A stretch of DNA of 64,000 nt from the human T2T-CHM13v2.0 reference genome, Homo sapiens: NCBI RefSeq assembly GCF_009914755.1, contig NC_060925.1. The stretch is one strand, 5' to 3'. This document shows, in pieces, positions 27,889 to 59,541 of this stretch; position 1 is the first letter of the stretch, and every line of letters begins with the position of its first letter. Made by a program: the position numbers and the translations under genes. Under the pieces are notes generated by a model. The model did not search any database and was not told the DNA's origin. It worked only from the letters and a program-made list of their open reading frames with translations.

Positions 27889-29640
27889 GTTGGAAAAAGA
27901 ACAGCTTTGCTTTGCAAAGATTGATGACAGACTGGTTCCTCAGAGGCCTAGGCTACCCGTCACCCCTTTTTCCAGAGCGAGGGCCTGGAATGAAGGCAGT
28001 TTATCCTCTGTCCCTGGAGCCTGGGGTTTGCTTTGGCTCCTTGAGGTGGAAGAGACTAAGAGGGCAGCTGCCCAGAGCAGCTGTGTGTACCTGGCTCCTC
28101 TCAGGCTTCCTGATCCCTTCCGTTGCACTGCGCCTTATCCCTCAGCCAGCCAGACAGCCTCCCTGCTCCTGACCAGCAGATACGTTTCGGAGTGGTTGGT
28201 GTGGTTTTTGTGATGAGGGCAGCACGTGGTGGCCAAGGTGGCAAGCTGAGTCTCACAGGCTCACTCCCTCGTTGGTTCCCTGTGGGAATGGTAGGCCAGG
28301 CCCAGTAAGCCATGCCCCAACACGTCCTCTCCTCCGGAGGAAGGGCCAGCTGCCAGCTGAGTCAGCAGCTAGTCCATAGCACAGCCTTATAACTGTAAAG
28401 CCAGGCATTGCCCATGAGCAGAGCTGGAACCAGAGCTTCAGTCAGTAAGAGGGAGGATTACCTTCAGGAGAAGGCAAGGAAGAAAACTGGCTGCTATCTT
28501 TATAGTTCCACTGCCCTAACCAAGTGTCCACATTCTAAATGTGTAGTGTCCATCCCTTATGTAATAGTGGTTTCCCGCCCAAAGTGAGACTTTCCTTTTA
28601 ATTGGAGAAGGGTATAGAGGTAGTCCAGGTGGGAACGCCAGAAGTGCTGATTGCCCAGCCATTGGGACCACCTGTTCTTGCCCCACTACCCTCTAGTGGG
28701 AGGCCAAAGTAAAGGCTGGCTGGTGGGTGTCTGTGGATTGAGGATGTGGCAGGGACTGGTCCTCCCACCTCCCTCTGGCCAAAGATGGGCTTTGCCCGCT
28801 GTGTGCCTGTCACCACCCACCAGCAGTCATGCCCTGGGCTTCCCAAATGGAGAGGTAGCAGGCAACGTTTTTAAAAAGAAAGAAAACAGGAAACTGTATT
28901 GTGTCGGGGGAGGCGGGAGGGAGATGAGGAAACGGTTTGGATTTTGTGTGTGGGAGGGTATTTTTTGGGGGTAGTTGTCTGTAACTTTCCTAAGTGCTTT
29001 TTTTCCTTTTCTTTTTTAAAGTAAGTTGCAGGCTTTGGCTTGGAAAACCCCAGGGGGATGGGGGGCAGAAACCTGAGGCTGCTGCCCCTTTATCTGCCTT
29101 CACGGTACTGTCCCCTTCCCCCAGCTCCTCCCTGACCCCATGGGCCAGGCCTCAGACCTTCCAGCTAACCGCTTCCCATGAGCCACTACTCTGATGTCAG
29201 CCTATAACCAAAGGAGCTGGGGGGTCCAGGCCTGGTGACCAACCTTTCTCAGCCCACTCAATCAGGGTGCTCCCCACCTGCAGGCAGGAGGCAACACCCT
29301 ATCTGCTACCATCAGCCCCTTCCAGAGCCCATCTGCCCCGCCCAGCCCTGCCCTGCCCAGCCATACCCTGCTCTGCCCCATCTGGGGGTGCCCTGCTCAG
29401 GGATGGGCTGGCAGGGCTGTACCCAGCCTCCCTGGTAAGCAGAGACTCAAGAAACCTCTGGGGTCCTGTTTTCTGGTCGTGTGATCCCAGGGGTGCACAT
29501 GGGCCCCTTGGGTGTCTGAACAGAAGGGCATGGGAGGGAGGGCTGCACCCCTGCAGTCTTACTCTGCTGGTGTAGCGGGCAGCTGCCCACTCCCACCCCA
29601 CCCTGCACCGCGGGCTCCTGAGTCGGCAGATTAAGCATTT

Positions 29641-29678
29641 TATAAATTGTATTTTAAATACATGTTTTAAACTTGTCA
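29641..29678 (+). terminator. Distal non-canonical poly(A) site of SZRD1
   Basis: TATAAA/AATACA variants and TGTA in an AU-rich island inside GC-rich DNA. Confidence 0.55.
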
Positions 29679-30189
29679 GATCTTTGTCCTCATTTCAGTC
29701 CCTGCCCTCTACCTCTTGCTGTGGCCGCTTATTTAACCCTGGGGGATTTCCCTCTGCCCAGTCCCAGGGAAAGACTGTCTTTGGTAAAACACGAGGCCGG
29801 GTGGTATGTGGGTTGAGGGGAAAGGACCCACCCCTCTTGGGGCTCCCAGAGAATGAGAGCCCTGGGTCCTGGGGCTCTGTCGGGGGAGCATGCAGAGGCC
29901 ACCTCCTGCTCTTCCACAGGGCCTGTCTTAGAGCCAGTGGAGAGAGAGAATGGCTGCTTTTGTGGGGCTCCCAGTCCAGAGGGGGATGTGCTCACCTGAG
30001 GAGAGGCCTAGCCCTGTGCTTTGAGAAGGCACAGAAGGTCAAGACTGCACGCAGGGGCACCTGTAGCAGAAATCCCAACCCCGCGCAGGGCTTTGAGGTG
30101 GAACCCTGCACTCTGAGAGCCCAGTGGTGGCTGGGTGACAACTTGAGGGCCTTTCTTGGCAAGAGGCACAGAGGCTGAAGTTATTGGTG

Positions 30190-30195
30190 TTTATT
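30190..30195 (-). terminator. SPATA21 poly(A) signal
   Basis: AATAAA on the - strand, ~100 nt after the SPATA21 TGA. Confidence 0.8.
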
Positions 30196-30297
30196 AGCTC
30201 ACCAGGCCACAAAAGCAAATCCCAGCAGCAGCTCCTGCCTGGTGGCCCATCTGTCTACAGGCCTTGAGCAGCTGCCTAGAGTCAGGCCTCCAGAGGG

Positions 30298-30355
30298 TCA
30301 GTGGGTTCGAGCTGGCACAGAGCTGAGCCACTTTCTGCTGTCAGAGTTGTGTTCC
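30298..30355 (-). CDS. SPATA21: SPATA21 last coding exon (EHNSDSRKWLSSVPARTH*)
   Basis: ctctcccccag|G GAA CAC...CAC TGA. The phase fits the preceding exon. Confidence 0.9.
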
Positions 30356-30876
30356 CTGGGGAGAGGAATAGGGCAGAAGGGTGGGAGACATGTGGCCCTT
30401 TCCCTATCTGCCAGTATATGAGCCATCTGTGCGTGCCCAAGTGAGGAGAGAGAGGAGGCCTCCCCTCAGAAATGGTGGAACCAGCAGTTGTGCTTAGGGG
30501 CCTGATTCCAAGTCCAGAGCTCCCTTCCCCAGCGGCCTGGAGGGGGACTGCTGCAGGAGACGTTCCCCTCTGCCCAGGTGCACAGTCTGCTAGTCCTAAT
30601 ATGGAACCATAGGGAACTCAGAGTACTCAGTTAGGTGCCACTGAGTCCTGGACACAGGAAAGCAGAAGCACTCTGGCTTCAGTGGAACAATCTGCTGGGT
30701 ACACAGGCCCTCAACAAAGGTTTGTCTTCTTCGCCTTTTACCCTTTCTCCTCCCTGGAGCAAGCAGCCTCTCAGGTATGATCTCTTAGAAAGATGGATTC
30801 CCAGGCATTAGGCCAGGGGCCTCTTAAGGAAGAATCTGGAAGGGCCTGGGCTGGGACCCTTTCTCTGGGCACCCAC

Positions 30877-31054
30877 CTGTTTCCTTGAGATCCTGACTGG
30901 AAGAAGGGGCTGCGGATGTCAGGATCCAGGCCAGGGGGTGTGCACTGGTCTAGTGCATAGTGGTTGCTCGGCTGCCTACGGACCATCTTCTTGTCCAGCT
31001 GTGGGCAGAGCAGGATGCAGGGCACCTGGGCATAGGGGCTCTGCAGGTTGGGAG
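30877..31054 (-). CDS. SPATA21: SPATA21 coding exon ([11 protein letters not shown]...QSGSQGN), 178 nt
   Basis: ttcttcaccag| ... AACAG|gtgggt; phase 1 to 2. Confidence 0.9.
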
Positions 31055-31129
31055 CTGGTGAAGAAGGAGGCAGAAGGAGGAATGCTTCACAGCATGCCCA
31101 GCCTTGGGAAGCAGGCAGATTCAAGTGAA

Positions 31130-35161
<4,032 letters not shown>

Positions 35162-35260
35162 TGACTAAAAGTCGTAACTACCAAAAGTTCTCAGTGCCAA
35201 AATGCTAGATGCCACCTCTGTGTCCACAACCCTTCACCCCCAACAACCGGCCCCACTCAC

Positions 35261-35378
35261 TTTGTGATTTCCTCTAAGACTGCCTCTGGTAAGGCCAGCA
35301 TCTCTACCAGCAGGGACAGGATCTCAAAGAGTAGAGTGTGGGGGTTGTGGGGAGCCATGTCCGACAGGGCGTTCTGTT
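35261..35378 (-). CDS. SPATA21: SPATA21 coding exon ([23 protein letters not shown]...EEIT), 118 nt
   Basis: tgtctccag| ... ACAAA|gtgagt; phase 1 to 2. Confidence 0.92.
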
Positions 35379-35501
35379 CTGGAGACATGGGATAGTGGCT
35401 GCCGTTACCACTGGGCAGTCCTGAATGCCCTCTTCTCTCCCCGCAACCAACCTCCCAGCCCCTCCTCCAGTTCTGACTACGCTGGGCTCATCCCTGCTCA
35501 C

Positions 35502-35573
35502 CCACAGAGCAGAAGAAGCGCCTGGTGTCTGTCATCACAGCCAAGAAGTCTTTGAAGTCCACACGACCATCTC
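35502..35573 (-). CDS. SPATA21: SPATA21 coding exon, second half of EF-hand 2 ([23 protein letters not shown]), 72 nt
   Basis: cctccacag| ... GTGG|gtgagc; phase 1 to 1. Confidence 0.93.
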
Positions 35574-35784
35574 CTGTGGAGGCCAGAGGAGTAGGGTGGG
35601 CAGGGACCTTCGGAGCAGGTCCATGCCTTGCAGCCCAGGCGTGGTTATTAGAAGTCACTGTCTGGGTCTGATTATCAAGCAGTGCATACTCAATGCAGAA
35701 AACATGGGGCACACAGGAAAGTACAAGCTGAAAGTGCTCAGACCTGTAATCCCAGCACTTTGGGAGGCCGAGGTGCGTGGATCA

Positions 35785-36466
<682 letters not shown>

Positions 36467-36500
36467 CCTGGGATGCAGAGTGGAGCCCTCTGCCACTCAC

Positions 36501-36638
36501 CATTGACATCAGCACTCATCAGGGCGTCCTCCACCTGGGCCAGCGTCACAGAGAAGCCCATTAGGAGCAGGATATTCTTCAGGCTCTGTGCATCCACCTC
36601 ACCAGGACCATTGAAGATCTCAAAGTAGCTGCGGAAGG
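36501..36638 (-). CDS. SPATA21: SPATA21 EF-hand exon ([14 protein letters not shown]...LMSADVN), 138 nt
   Basis: ctccccacag| ... AATG|gtgagt; calmodulin-like helix-loop-helix sequence. Confidence 0.94.
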
Positions 36639-36975
36639 CTGTGGGGAGGGCAGGGTTATGTGGAGTGGGGGCATTTCTTGTTTCCGTCATTCATCCCATT
36701 ACCCCAACCACCCTCCTGCCAGCCTCCTCCACCATCAAAAGTGAAAATAAAATTGCTGGGTGCGTTGGCTCACACCTGTAATCCCAACATTTTGGGAGGC
36801 TGAGGCAGGCAGATCACCTGAGGCCAGGAGTTCAAGACCAGCCTGGCCAACATGGTGAAACCCTATCTCTACTAAAGATACAAAACTTAGCTGGGCGTGG
36901 CGGTGCATGACTGTTGTCCCAGCTACAACACTCAGCTAGGCTGAGATAGGAGGATTGCTTGAGCCTGGGATTTCA

Positions 36976-37290
<315 letters not shown>

Positions 37291-37570
37291 TCAGACCCTT
37301 CCCATCCTCTGCTCTGGTCCACACAATGCAGCGATCCTTGCAACCTTGTCCATCCAGATAGGTGACCAAGATCTAGGGACAGACTTAGTCAGAAAAACTG
37401 TCCAGTCATCTAACCTCTGAGCCTCAGTTTCCCCATTGTTACAACAGGAATAAGCATTCTACTCTTTTGAGAACATGGCTGTAAAGAGCCTAGTCCAGTG
37501 TCTGGCACATAGTAGGGTGCCCTAAAGTGGGTGGGCTACTGGCACTGAGTGGAGGCTACTAATTAGCTGA

Positions 37571-37831
<261 letters not shown>

Positions 37832-37839
37832 TAATGAGC

Positions 37840-38520
37840 CGGATTGCTCTTATGTTGAAGCCCTAACTCCAGTACTTCCAAATGTGCCTGTGTTTGAAGA
37901 TAGGGCCTTTAAAGAGGTGAGAAAGTTAAAAAGAGGCCTTTAGGGTGGGCCCTAATCCAATCCAACTGGAGTCCTCATACAAAAAGAAAATTTGGGCTAG
38001 GTGCGATGGCTTACACCATCTACCCAGCACTTTGGGAAGCTGAGGCAGTAGAATCACTTGAGTCTGGGAGTCCGAGAACAGCCTGGGCAACATAAGAGAC
38101 TCCATCTCTACAAAAAATTTTAGAAATTAGCCAGCCACAGTGGCACATGCCTGTAGTCCCAGCTACTCAGGAGGCTGAGGTGGAAGGATTACTTGATCCC
38201 CGAAGGTGGAGGCTGCAGTGAGGTAGGATCATATGACTGCATTCCAGCCTGGGTGACAGAACAAGGCCCTGTCTCAAATAAATAAATAAATAATAAACGC
38301 AAATTTGGACACACACAGAGATACCAGGGTTGCCCATTCACAGATGAAAGACCATATGAGGACAGTGAGAAGACAGCTGTCTGCAGGCCAAGCAGGGAGG
38401 CCACAGAAGAAAGCAACCTGCCGACCCCCTGATCTTGGACTTCCAGCCTGTGACAAAAGAAATGTCTGCTGTTTCAACCATCCAGTCTGTGGTCCTTTGT
38501 TAAGGCAGCCCGTGCTGACT
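37840..38520 (+). mobile_element. MLT1 (MaLR) solo LTR split by an Alu (37995-38295)
   Basis: tatgttgaagccctaac...agggtgggccctaatccaat ... tgatcttggacttccagcct...ccagtctgtggtcctttgttaaggcagcc. Confidence 0.8.
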
Positions 38521-39013
38521 GGGACGGTGGGCATGGGCAGGCTGCTGCATTCATGTGAGCCTCTATATCCATATCTGTACGATGGCCATGACAACAGGGC
38601 ACCCTCTTGGAAGTATTCTATGAACTCAGTGCTGGCACACAATAGCCTCTGTTAGCCTGGAAGTCTCTGACAAACAGCGCTGAATGGTAGGGAAGAGGTG
38701 GGGCTAGGATTGGTGTTGGGGCACGTGGTGACCTGTCGTGCGCAGGCACACCACAGAAGGAAAAACCAGAGCAACTCTCAGAAGCAGGTGTGATCGCTCA
38801 GAATGCCTGGTGGTTTGAGCCACTGGAGCAGGGCAGTCGGCCCTTCAATTACCAGACAGGGATTGGGAGCTGTGGGACCTTGAGTCTCTGAGTCAAAGTG
38901 GCATGTTGTTCATGAACTGCTCAAGGAGGTGGGGCAGGGAGAGCTGCACTTAGGAAGGTGGCTAGGGAGTTGTATATCATTATTATTATTACTATTACTA
39001 TTATTATTTTTGA

Positions 39014-39121
<108 letters not shown>

Positions 39122-40293
39122 TAGCTGGGATTTCAGGTGCCCACCACCACACCGGGCTAATTTTTGTATTTTTAGTAGAGACAGGGTTTCACCATGTTGG
39201 TCAGGCTGGTCTCGAACTCCTGACCTCGTGATCCACCCGCCTAAGCCTCCCAAAGTGCTGGGATTACAGGTGTGAACCACTGCTCCCGGTTGGAGTTGTA
39301 TATTATTTTATTTTTAAGAGACAGGGTCTTGCTCTGTCGCCCAGGCTGGAGTGTAGTGGCATAATTGTAGCCCACCATAACCTCGAACTCCTGAGCTCAA
39401 GTGATCCTCCCACCTCAGCCTCCTGGGTAGCTGGGACTACAGGCTTATGCTACCATGTCCGGCTAATTTTTAAAGTTTTTGTAGATGTGGGGGTCTTACT
39501 ATGTTGCTTAGGCTAGTCTTGAACTCCTGGCCTCAAGCGATCCTCCTGCCTCAGGCTCCCAAAGTGCTGGGATTATAGGCATGAGCCACTGTGCCCAGCC
39601 CTGGTAGAGGGTTTTAATACTAGAAGGGGTGAACTTCAAGGATGGGGTCACAGGGAGCTAGTGAGAGCATCCAGCGAAGACAGAGGAAGGGGCCGCTGTG
39701 GCCAAGAGGGTTGCAGGCTTTGGAGAGGAGTAGGGGATGGAAGGAGGATGTACATCCATTCTTCTAGGGCCAGGGTGATGGGGGAGTGGGGTCACAGGGC
39801 CCCTTCCTGAGGACAATAGAGAGCAGGGTAGGTGTTCAGAACTTTTTAACTTTTTGGTGCAGGTGAGATGCAGTGGGAATGGGGTACATGTTTAGGCTGG
39901 TGGCCTTGTTTAATGGTGAGGGACCATCTAGGATGGGCAGGGTTCCTGGGGCCCTGTCTCCCATCCAGGGTGCTCTGAAGAGGACCAATAGAGCAGGCTT
40001 GGGTTAAGGGAAGAAGAAACTATTCCAAAACCTAAAGCACTGTGCAGGGCATCTGTCATTCTCTCAGAGAGGCAGCTCTGGCACAGGGAGAGCGCTGGAC
40101 TTCGAGTCAGAAGACCTAGCACGAGGCTGGGCGCGGTGGCTCACGCCTGTAATTCCAGACTTTGGGAGGCTGAGGTGGGTGGATCACTTGAGTTCAGGAG
40201 TTCGAGACCAGCCTGGCCAACATGGTGAAACTGTCTCTACTAAAAATACAAAAATTAGCCGGGCGTGGTGTCACACATCTGTAATCTTAGCTA

Positions 40294-40480
<187 letters not shown>

Positions 40481-40649
40481 CTACCCTGCCCTGCCCCATA
40501 GGCCAAGTGCAGAAAACCCCTGCTGGGTCTGCTACACATGGCGGCAGCCATGTGATCTGGAAAGCACCCCAGTCCGCCCTGCGCCTATAAACCCCCAAGG
40601 ACCAAGGGTCCTGCCTGTGCTGGGACCTCCCTGACCTCCCTGCCCTCAC

Positions 40650-40735
40650 CTTCCTCTTGCTTCAGGGTCAGTTGCTCCTCGGACTTCTCCCGGTTTTGAT
40701 AAAGCTTTTGGAGGCTCTGCTCTTCCGGCTCCTGC
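40650..40735 (-). CDS. SPATA21: SPATA21 coding exon ([28 protein letters not shown]), 86 nt
   Basis: gtcctctgcag| ... GAAG|gtgagg; phase 2 to 1. Confidence 0.92.
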
Positions 40736-41132
40736 CTGCAGAGGACAGAACCCCGACCCAGGGCAACATCCGGCCGCCCACCCTGCTGATAGCTAGGGGA
40801 GGGGTTGGGGGAGCCTGCAGGAGGAGGTCGTGGGGGAGGCTTTGGGGAGCCCGGAGAGATCAAGAATGGCAGGAAAAAGGAGATCCAGAGGAGAAGTGGG
40901 ACAGAGGAGAGGGGACTAGAGGGAGACCCCTTCGGGGGAGTTAGAAAAGGGGTCAGAAGTGGGAGAGGAGGCAGAGACATGGGAGATGCGGAGAGGAGAC
41001 ACATGAGGAGAAATGGAGAGAGGGGGACACACGAGGGAACAGGCAGGTGCAGGGACAGGGACCTGCATCCGGGACAAGGCTCTGATCTTGGGGCCTTTCA
41101 GGAGCGGGCGGGTGAGCAGCGGGGGCTCCTAC

Positions 41133-41575
41133 CGCGCCTTGGCGTAGCTCAGGGTTCTCTCGCTGCTCCGGTGCAAGAGTTCCATCCTTCTCCAGCCCAG
41201 GTCCAGGGCAGGGCCCAGCAGGACAGGGCAAGGCATGGAGGTGGGGACCGGGGCTCCCATGGGGGCAGGTTCTGGCCCAGGAGCTGGCAGCCGGGCCCAC
41301 GATGGGCCGCTGGCAGGGACCGAGGCAGGGGTCTGAGGCAGGCTTGGAGCTGAGGTGGGCACCGGGGTCAGGGTCCTGGGCGACTTCTGGGCTGTCTGGG
41401 ACCGGGCCTTCGAGGCTCTCCGATGGGAGGCCTCCATTTTCTCCACCTCCAGCAAGCACTTCATGAAGCCCTGCCGGAAGTTCCCGAGGCTCTGTGTCCC
41501 TGCAGCCACCGCGGGCTTCTGAGGCTGCTGCTGCGCACGGTCTGGCTCCCGCCTCTCTCCAATGTCCCTCACCTC
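41133..41575 (-). CDS. SPATA21: SPATA21 large Pro-rich coding exon (EVRDIGERRE...LSYAKA), 443 nt
   Basis: ctatccccag|GAGGTG ... GCGCG|gtagga; lies within the 213-aa ORF 41129-41770. Confidence 0.93.
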
Positions 41576-41778
41576 CTGGGGATAGGGGAGGGGATCCAGG
41601 AGGCCTCTAGTGGGCCAGAGTGTCCCACAAATCTCCTCCCTGCCATCCCCTCTCCAGAGATCCTCAGACTGCCCCTTACTCTCTGAGCCTTTGGAGGATG
41701 TACCCCAAATCTCACATGCACCCCACTGTGCTCCTGCCCCACGTCCTCCCCAACACTTGACTTGCCACATCCAAATGA

Positions 41779-47398
<5,620 letters not shown>

Positions 47399-47914
47399 AA
47401 ATGTCTCCTATTATTTCAGGATCCAGCACCAAGTTTTGCTCCCAGCAGGCGCTCAGCCTGTGGGTGAACGATGGTGCCAAGGCCCTGACATCTTTCCCTC
47501 CAGCTTCTCCAACCCTCACACACCTGGATTCCTCCTTCTGCCTTCTCTGAGCCCCTTCCACCTGGCACCAGGTGTCCTGAACAGGCCACTGCATTGACCT
47601 CTGTGCAGCTCTTCTGTCACTGCTCTGCTACCCCCGAGCCTGCAGGGGCTCCCTGTGACTGTCACACCCATCCCTTCATCCATCTGTGCCACAAGTGCAG
47701 TCACGTGGGTACAGGGGTGCCTAGTGCCCAGCCTCGGGGTGCTCTAGTCTAGTATTTCTTCCTAGGCCCAGCTTTTTGCAAGGTGTTAAGAGTGTCATTG
47801 AAGTGCTAAGGCCAAATGCTTCACTCCACGACTGTGCAGGATGGGTCTCTGGTGCAGGTGGGCCTCGGACCCACCCAGTTCTCTCTCATTTCTCACTTGT
47901 AGTTCTGAAGATTA

Positions 47915-48619
<705 letters not shown>

Positions 48620-48769
48620 TCCTGGAGGCTTCATATCACAGCCAGTCTAGCTTTTCAGCCGCTCTGTCCATTGTATCCAATATGCTTGTCCCACGAGGCC
48701 CAGATGATGGCCCTCTCCATCGTCACTTTTCATTCACCTTCCTTCCCATCTCTGTAACTTTCCTTGTGA

Positions 48770-52080
<3,311 letters not shown>

Positions 52081-52839
52081 GCAGCTTTTGATATTGTGGA
52101 GGCTGAGCCATGTTTGTATGCTGATGGAATCGTCCTGTAGTAACGCAGAGAGGGATCATGTGGTGGGGGGAGGGGACGAGAGCTAATGAATAAATGGGGA
52201 GACAGCCATGGGAGCAGGGGCCCATCTTCACAGCTCCCATTGCAGCCAAATCAAGGCAGGGAGGGTGGTGGGTTTGGGGATGCTTCTTCTCATCTGATGC
52301 TTCTGTTTGTCAGTGACACATGAGTGAGATGAGGGGCGTGGGGGATGCTGTTGTGAAATGATGACCTGGAGCGGAGGGAGGGCGGTGTGGCCAAGGAAAA
52401 GTGAGACTTGCAGGCAGCATCTGACATGAGTGGTTAATGCTTGAAAGTGAAACCCATCAATAAGACAGGATGTTCTCCAACCGCATTAAGCTGCTCAACA
52501 TGGGTACAAGGCTGAGTGAGTTTAGCCAGGGTGGGGTTTTGCCAATGAACAGAACAGGATGAGACAGGGCAGATGCTGGCAGGGCATGCATGCTAGTGAC
52601 TGTGTATTTGCAGGTTGCCTGGTCAGGTCAAAGAACTAGGAAGTGGCAGAGCTTGGGGAGGAAAGGATGGCTGGGAGGGGTCGGGGAAGCCTCCCAGGTG
52701 TTCAGGGATGCTTTGGATTGTGTGGCTGTGGCCGAGGGCAAATGGGGGGAAGAAATCCATGCTGATGTGGAACAAGCCACCACCTGGGATGAACCCAAGG
52801 GCTCCAGAGTGTAAGAGCATTCTTGATGCCCACCCAGAA

Positions 52840-52924
52840 TACACACACATGCATACACACAGGCACAGGCACACACACACACGTGTGCACATCCATGTGC
52901 ACTTTAACACACAGCCACACACAC
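52840..52924. repeat. Imperfect (CA)n microsatellite
   Basis: acacacacatgcatacacacaggcacaggcacacacacacacgtgtgcac... Confidence 0.85.
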
Positions 52925-53050
52925 CTTCCTTGGTTTGACTCCAAATAGGGGTTTGACGTGCCACATCCGCTTCTGCCCTCTTCCTCCTCCTGATCCCCCC
53001 TGCCTTTCTCCTACACAGCTCGTCCCCGTTCCCCCTATGGCCCTACTTAC

Positions 53051-53099
53051 TGGTGGAGGAAGAGGCCCCGGTGCTGGGTGGGTCTCCACAGCCTCACCC
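53051..53099 (-). CDS. SPATA21: SPATA21 coding exon (GEAVETHPAPGPLPPP), 49 nt
   Basis: ttctcttctattcag| ... CCA|gtaagt; phase 2 to 0. Confidence 0.9.
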
Positions 53100-53452
53100 C
53101 TGAATAGAAGAGAAACCCCCAGGTGGGGGAAGCGCTCAGCTGAAGGTTTGCCCCCCTGCCCTCCCCTCTCAGCCCCCAGGACACTCAGTTCCACCCCAGC
53201 CTCATCCCCTTGGCCTTCTCATCTCAGGGGGCTCCTTATGTCCCCACATCCTCATATATACAGGCTCACGGAACCAAGAATTCTGGTATTCCAGCCATTA
53301 CACAGATGGGGAAATTGAGACCCAGCGGAGCATGACTTGCCCAAGGTCCTCTACCAGGTCAGGAGCAGTCTGGACTAGAATTCACCCCACCTGAAACTCA
53401 GCAGAAGAGCATCCTTGTTGGGGGCAGGGGATGGCACTGGATGATGACTTAC

Positions 53453-53513
53453 CCTCCTTTTGCTTTTTTAGGTCCAGGCGTGGATGGCAGGAAGGGGTTG
53501 ACTGTCTTTTCCT
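53453..53513 (-). CDS. SPATA21: SPATA21 coding exon, short form (EKTVNPFLPSTPGPKKAKG), 61 nt
   Basis: gctccag|AGGAAAAG ... GGAGG|gtaagt. Joining it to the 34-nt first exon gives MYTEEEKTV, and the whole chain sums to 1410 nt (469 aa). Confidence 0.85.
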
Positions 53514-53736
53514 CTGGAGCCACGACGGACATTGGGGGCATTGCTTCCTGAGAGCTGTCCCCATGTCCCCCTGGGCTGGGCTCTGGCGGAGCCTCCTGTG
53601 GCCTGATGTGTGGGACACCTGCCTCCTTGGGGTGCTTGCCTCCCAGTGGCTGGCCATGGCTGGCCAAGCGGCAGCAAGGCTCTGCTGGCTGCACCATGTC
53701 TGCCTGGTGACTGGGGGTGGATTGATATCCGGAGCC
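53453..53736 (-). CDS. SPATA21: Predicted long form of the same SPATA21 exon (GSGYQSTPSHQADMVQPAE...KKAKG), 284 nt
   Basis: Acceptor gtgtccttgtccttgacag|GGC, phase 0, open frame through to the shared donor. Confidence 0.65.
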
Positions 53737-53992
53737 CTGTCAAGGACAAGGACACCACGGCTGGGGAGCTCCATCCTCGTTCCCAGGTGAACCTCAATGC
53801 TCCAGGCGAACTGGAGACCAGTTATTACACACTTACTAGGGTCCCAGCACTTCAGGCATCATCTTACTTAATTCTCCTAGTGCCCCTAGAAGGTAGCACA
53901 GGTACTCCCACATTTTGAAGGGTGAGGAAATTGAAGCCCAGAGAAGGCGTGGCCTACCCAAAGAACCACACTTCCCTATGGGAGTGGAATGA

Positions 53993-58560
<4,568 letters not shown>

Positions 58561-59541
58561 TGTACTTTTTTCAATTAACATCATAGCCTGTGTTTTTCGC
58601 ATGCTAAAAATCCTTCAGAAACATGCTTTATATGTTTTCTTATGTTCATTAAATGTATAAAATTCCATATTTTAAAGATAACCATCATTAACCATTTCCC
58701 TATTGTGTGGGCGCTTAAGGGGTTTCTAATTTTTTAGTATTTAAGATAATGTGACAGTGAAAGTCTTTGTGCATAAAACTGCTTGAATCACCAATTATTT
58801 CCTCATGGCCTATTTCCAGAAATGGGTGAGGATAAAGGGAGTTTCAAGGCAGTTTAAACAAATTGCCACGTTGATGAAACAGGTATGCTTAAATGGTTTC
58901 TATTTCCACCGGCATGGTATGCAGTAGTTGTCTCAGTGGGCCTCGGACCTGGCTTGAGTTGTCTCTCCTAACTTTTCTTGTAGAGGAGGCTATTTAGGAG
59001 CTTCTGGTTATAGTCAAATCCAACTAAGCCAGCTAGTCTTTACTATTTCTATTATCCCAGCCTTTCACTTTGCCTCTATCTGGCTCGCTCTTGATTTTCT
59101 CTTTTTGAATACATTCTTGCTGTAGAAAAGTTTTAAAAAAACACAAAATTTAGAAAACAATTACGTGTACATCTTTACATGTTCCTGTGTCTCCTAACCT
59201 TTTTTTGTTCATTATTCTATTAATTCAGTGAATCAATATTTATCGAACATTTACTATGTGTCAGGCATAGTACTAGGCATGAGGGCTTTGAGGTTGAACC
59301 AGGTATATGATGCTCCTCAAACAAGACACATAAAAGATGTTTGTGGTCTCGTTGGGGGAGTTCAGACAAAAGGTTAACATGAACTCTTTAGTGCAACTGG
59401 TGCAATGAAAGAGAAGGACAAGGTGCTGTCGTGGGTGGAGCTGCCTTGGCCTGGGAGTTCTCCATTCTCTCTCTCTCCCCCGCGGGTGGGCTACAGGGGG
59501 TTCTCTCTTGGACCTGTTCTCTCGAGAGCCCCTCAGCTCAC

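Larger units (their letters stand above)
26674..29678 (+). other. SZRD1: SZRD1 long 3'UTR
   Basis: Repeat-free stretch after the stop. Proximal AATAAA at 27883-27888. Distal AU-rich end with TATAAA (29641-29646) and AATACA (29657-29662), followed by CA and a U-rich downstream element. The 3' end is approximate. Confidence 0.75.

Noticed and set aside
29333-29378. (GCCCT/GCCCA)n pentamer run in the SZRD1 3'UTR
   Set aside because: Short degenerate low-complexity tract with no specific function supportable from sequence
30771-30876. Frame stays open for 34 codons into the last SPATA21 intron
   Set aside because: Expected by chance in GC-rich DNA; no poly(A) signal seen to support an alternative end
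40585-41459. Overlapping long ORFs (40805-41353 +, 40953-41459 -)
   Set aside because: Shadow frames of GC-rich SPATA21 exons and intron
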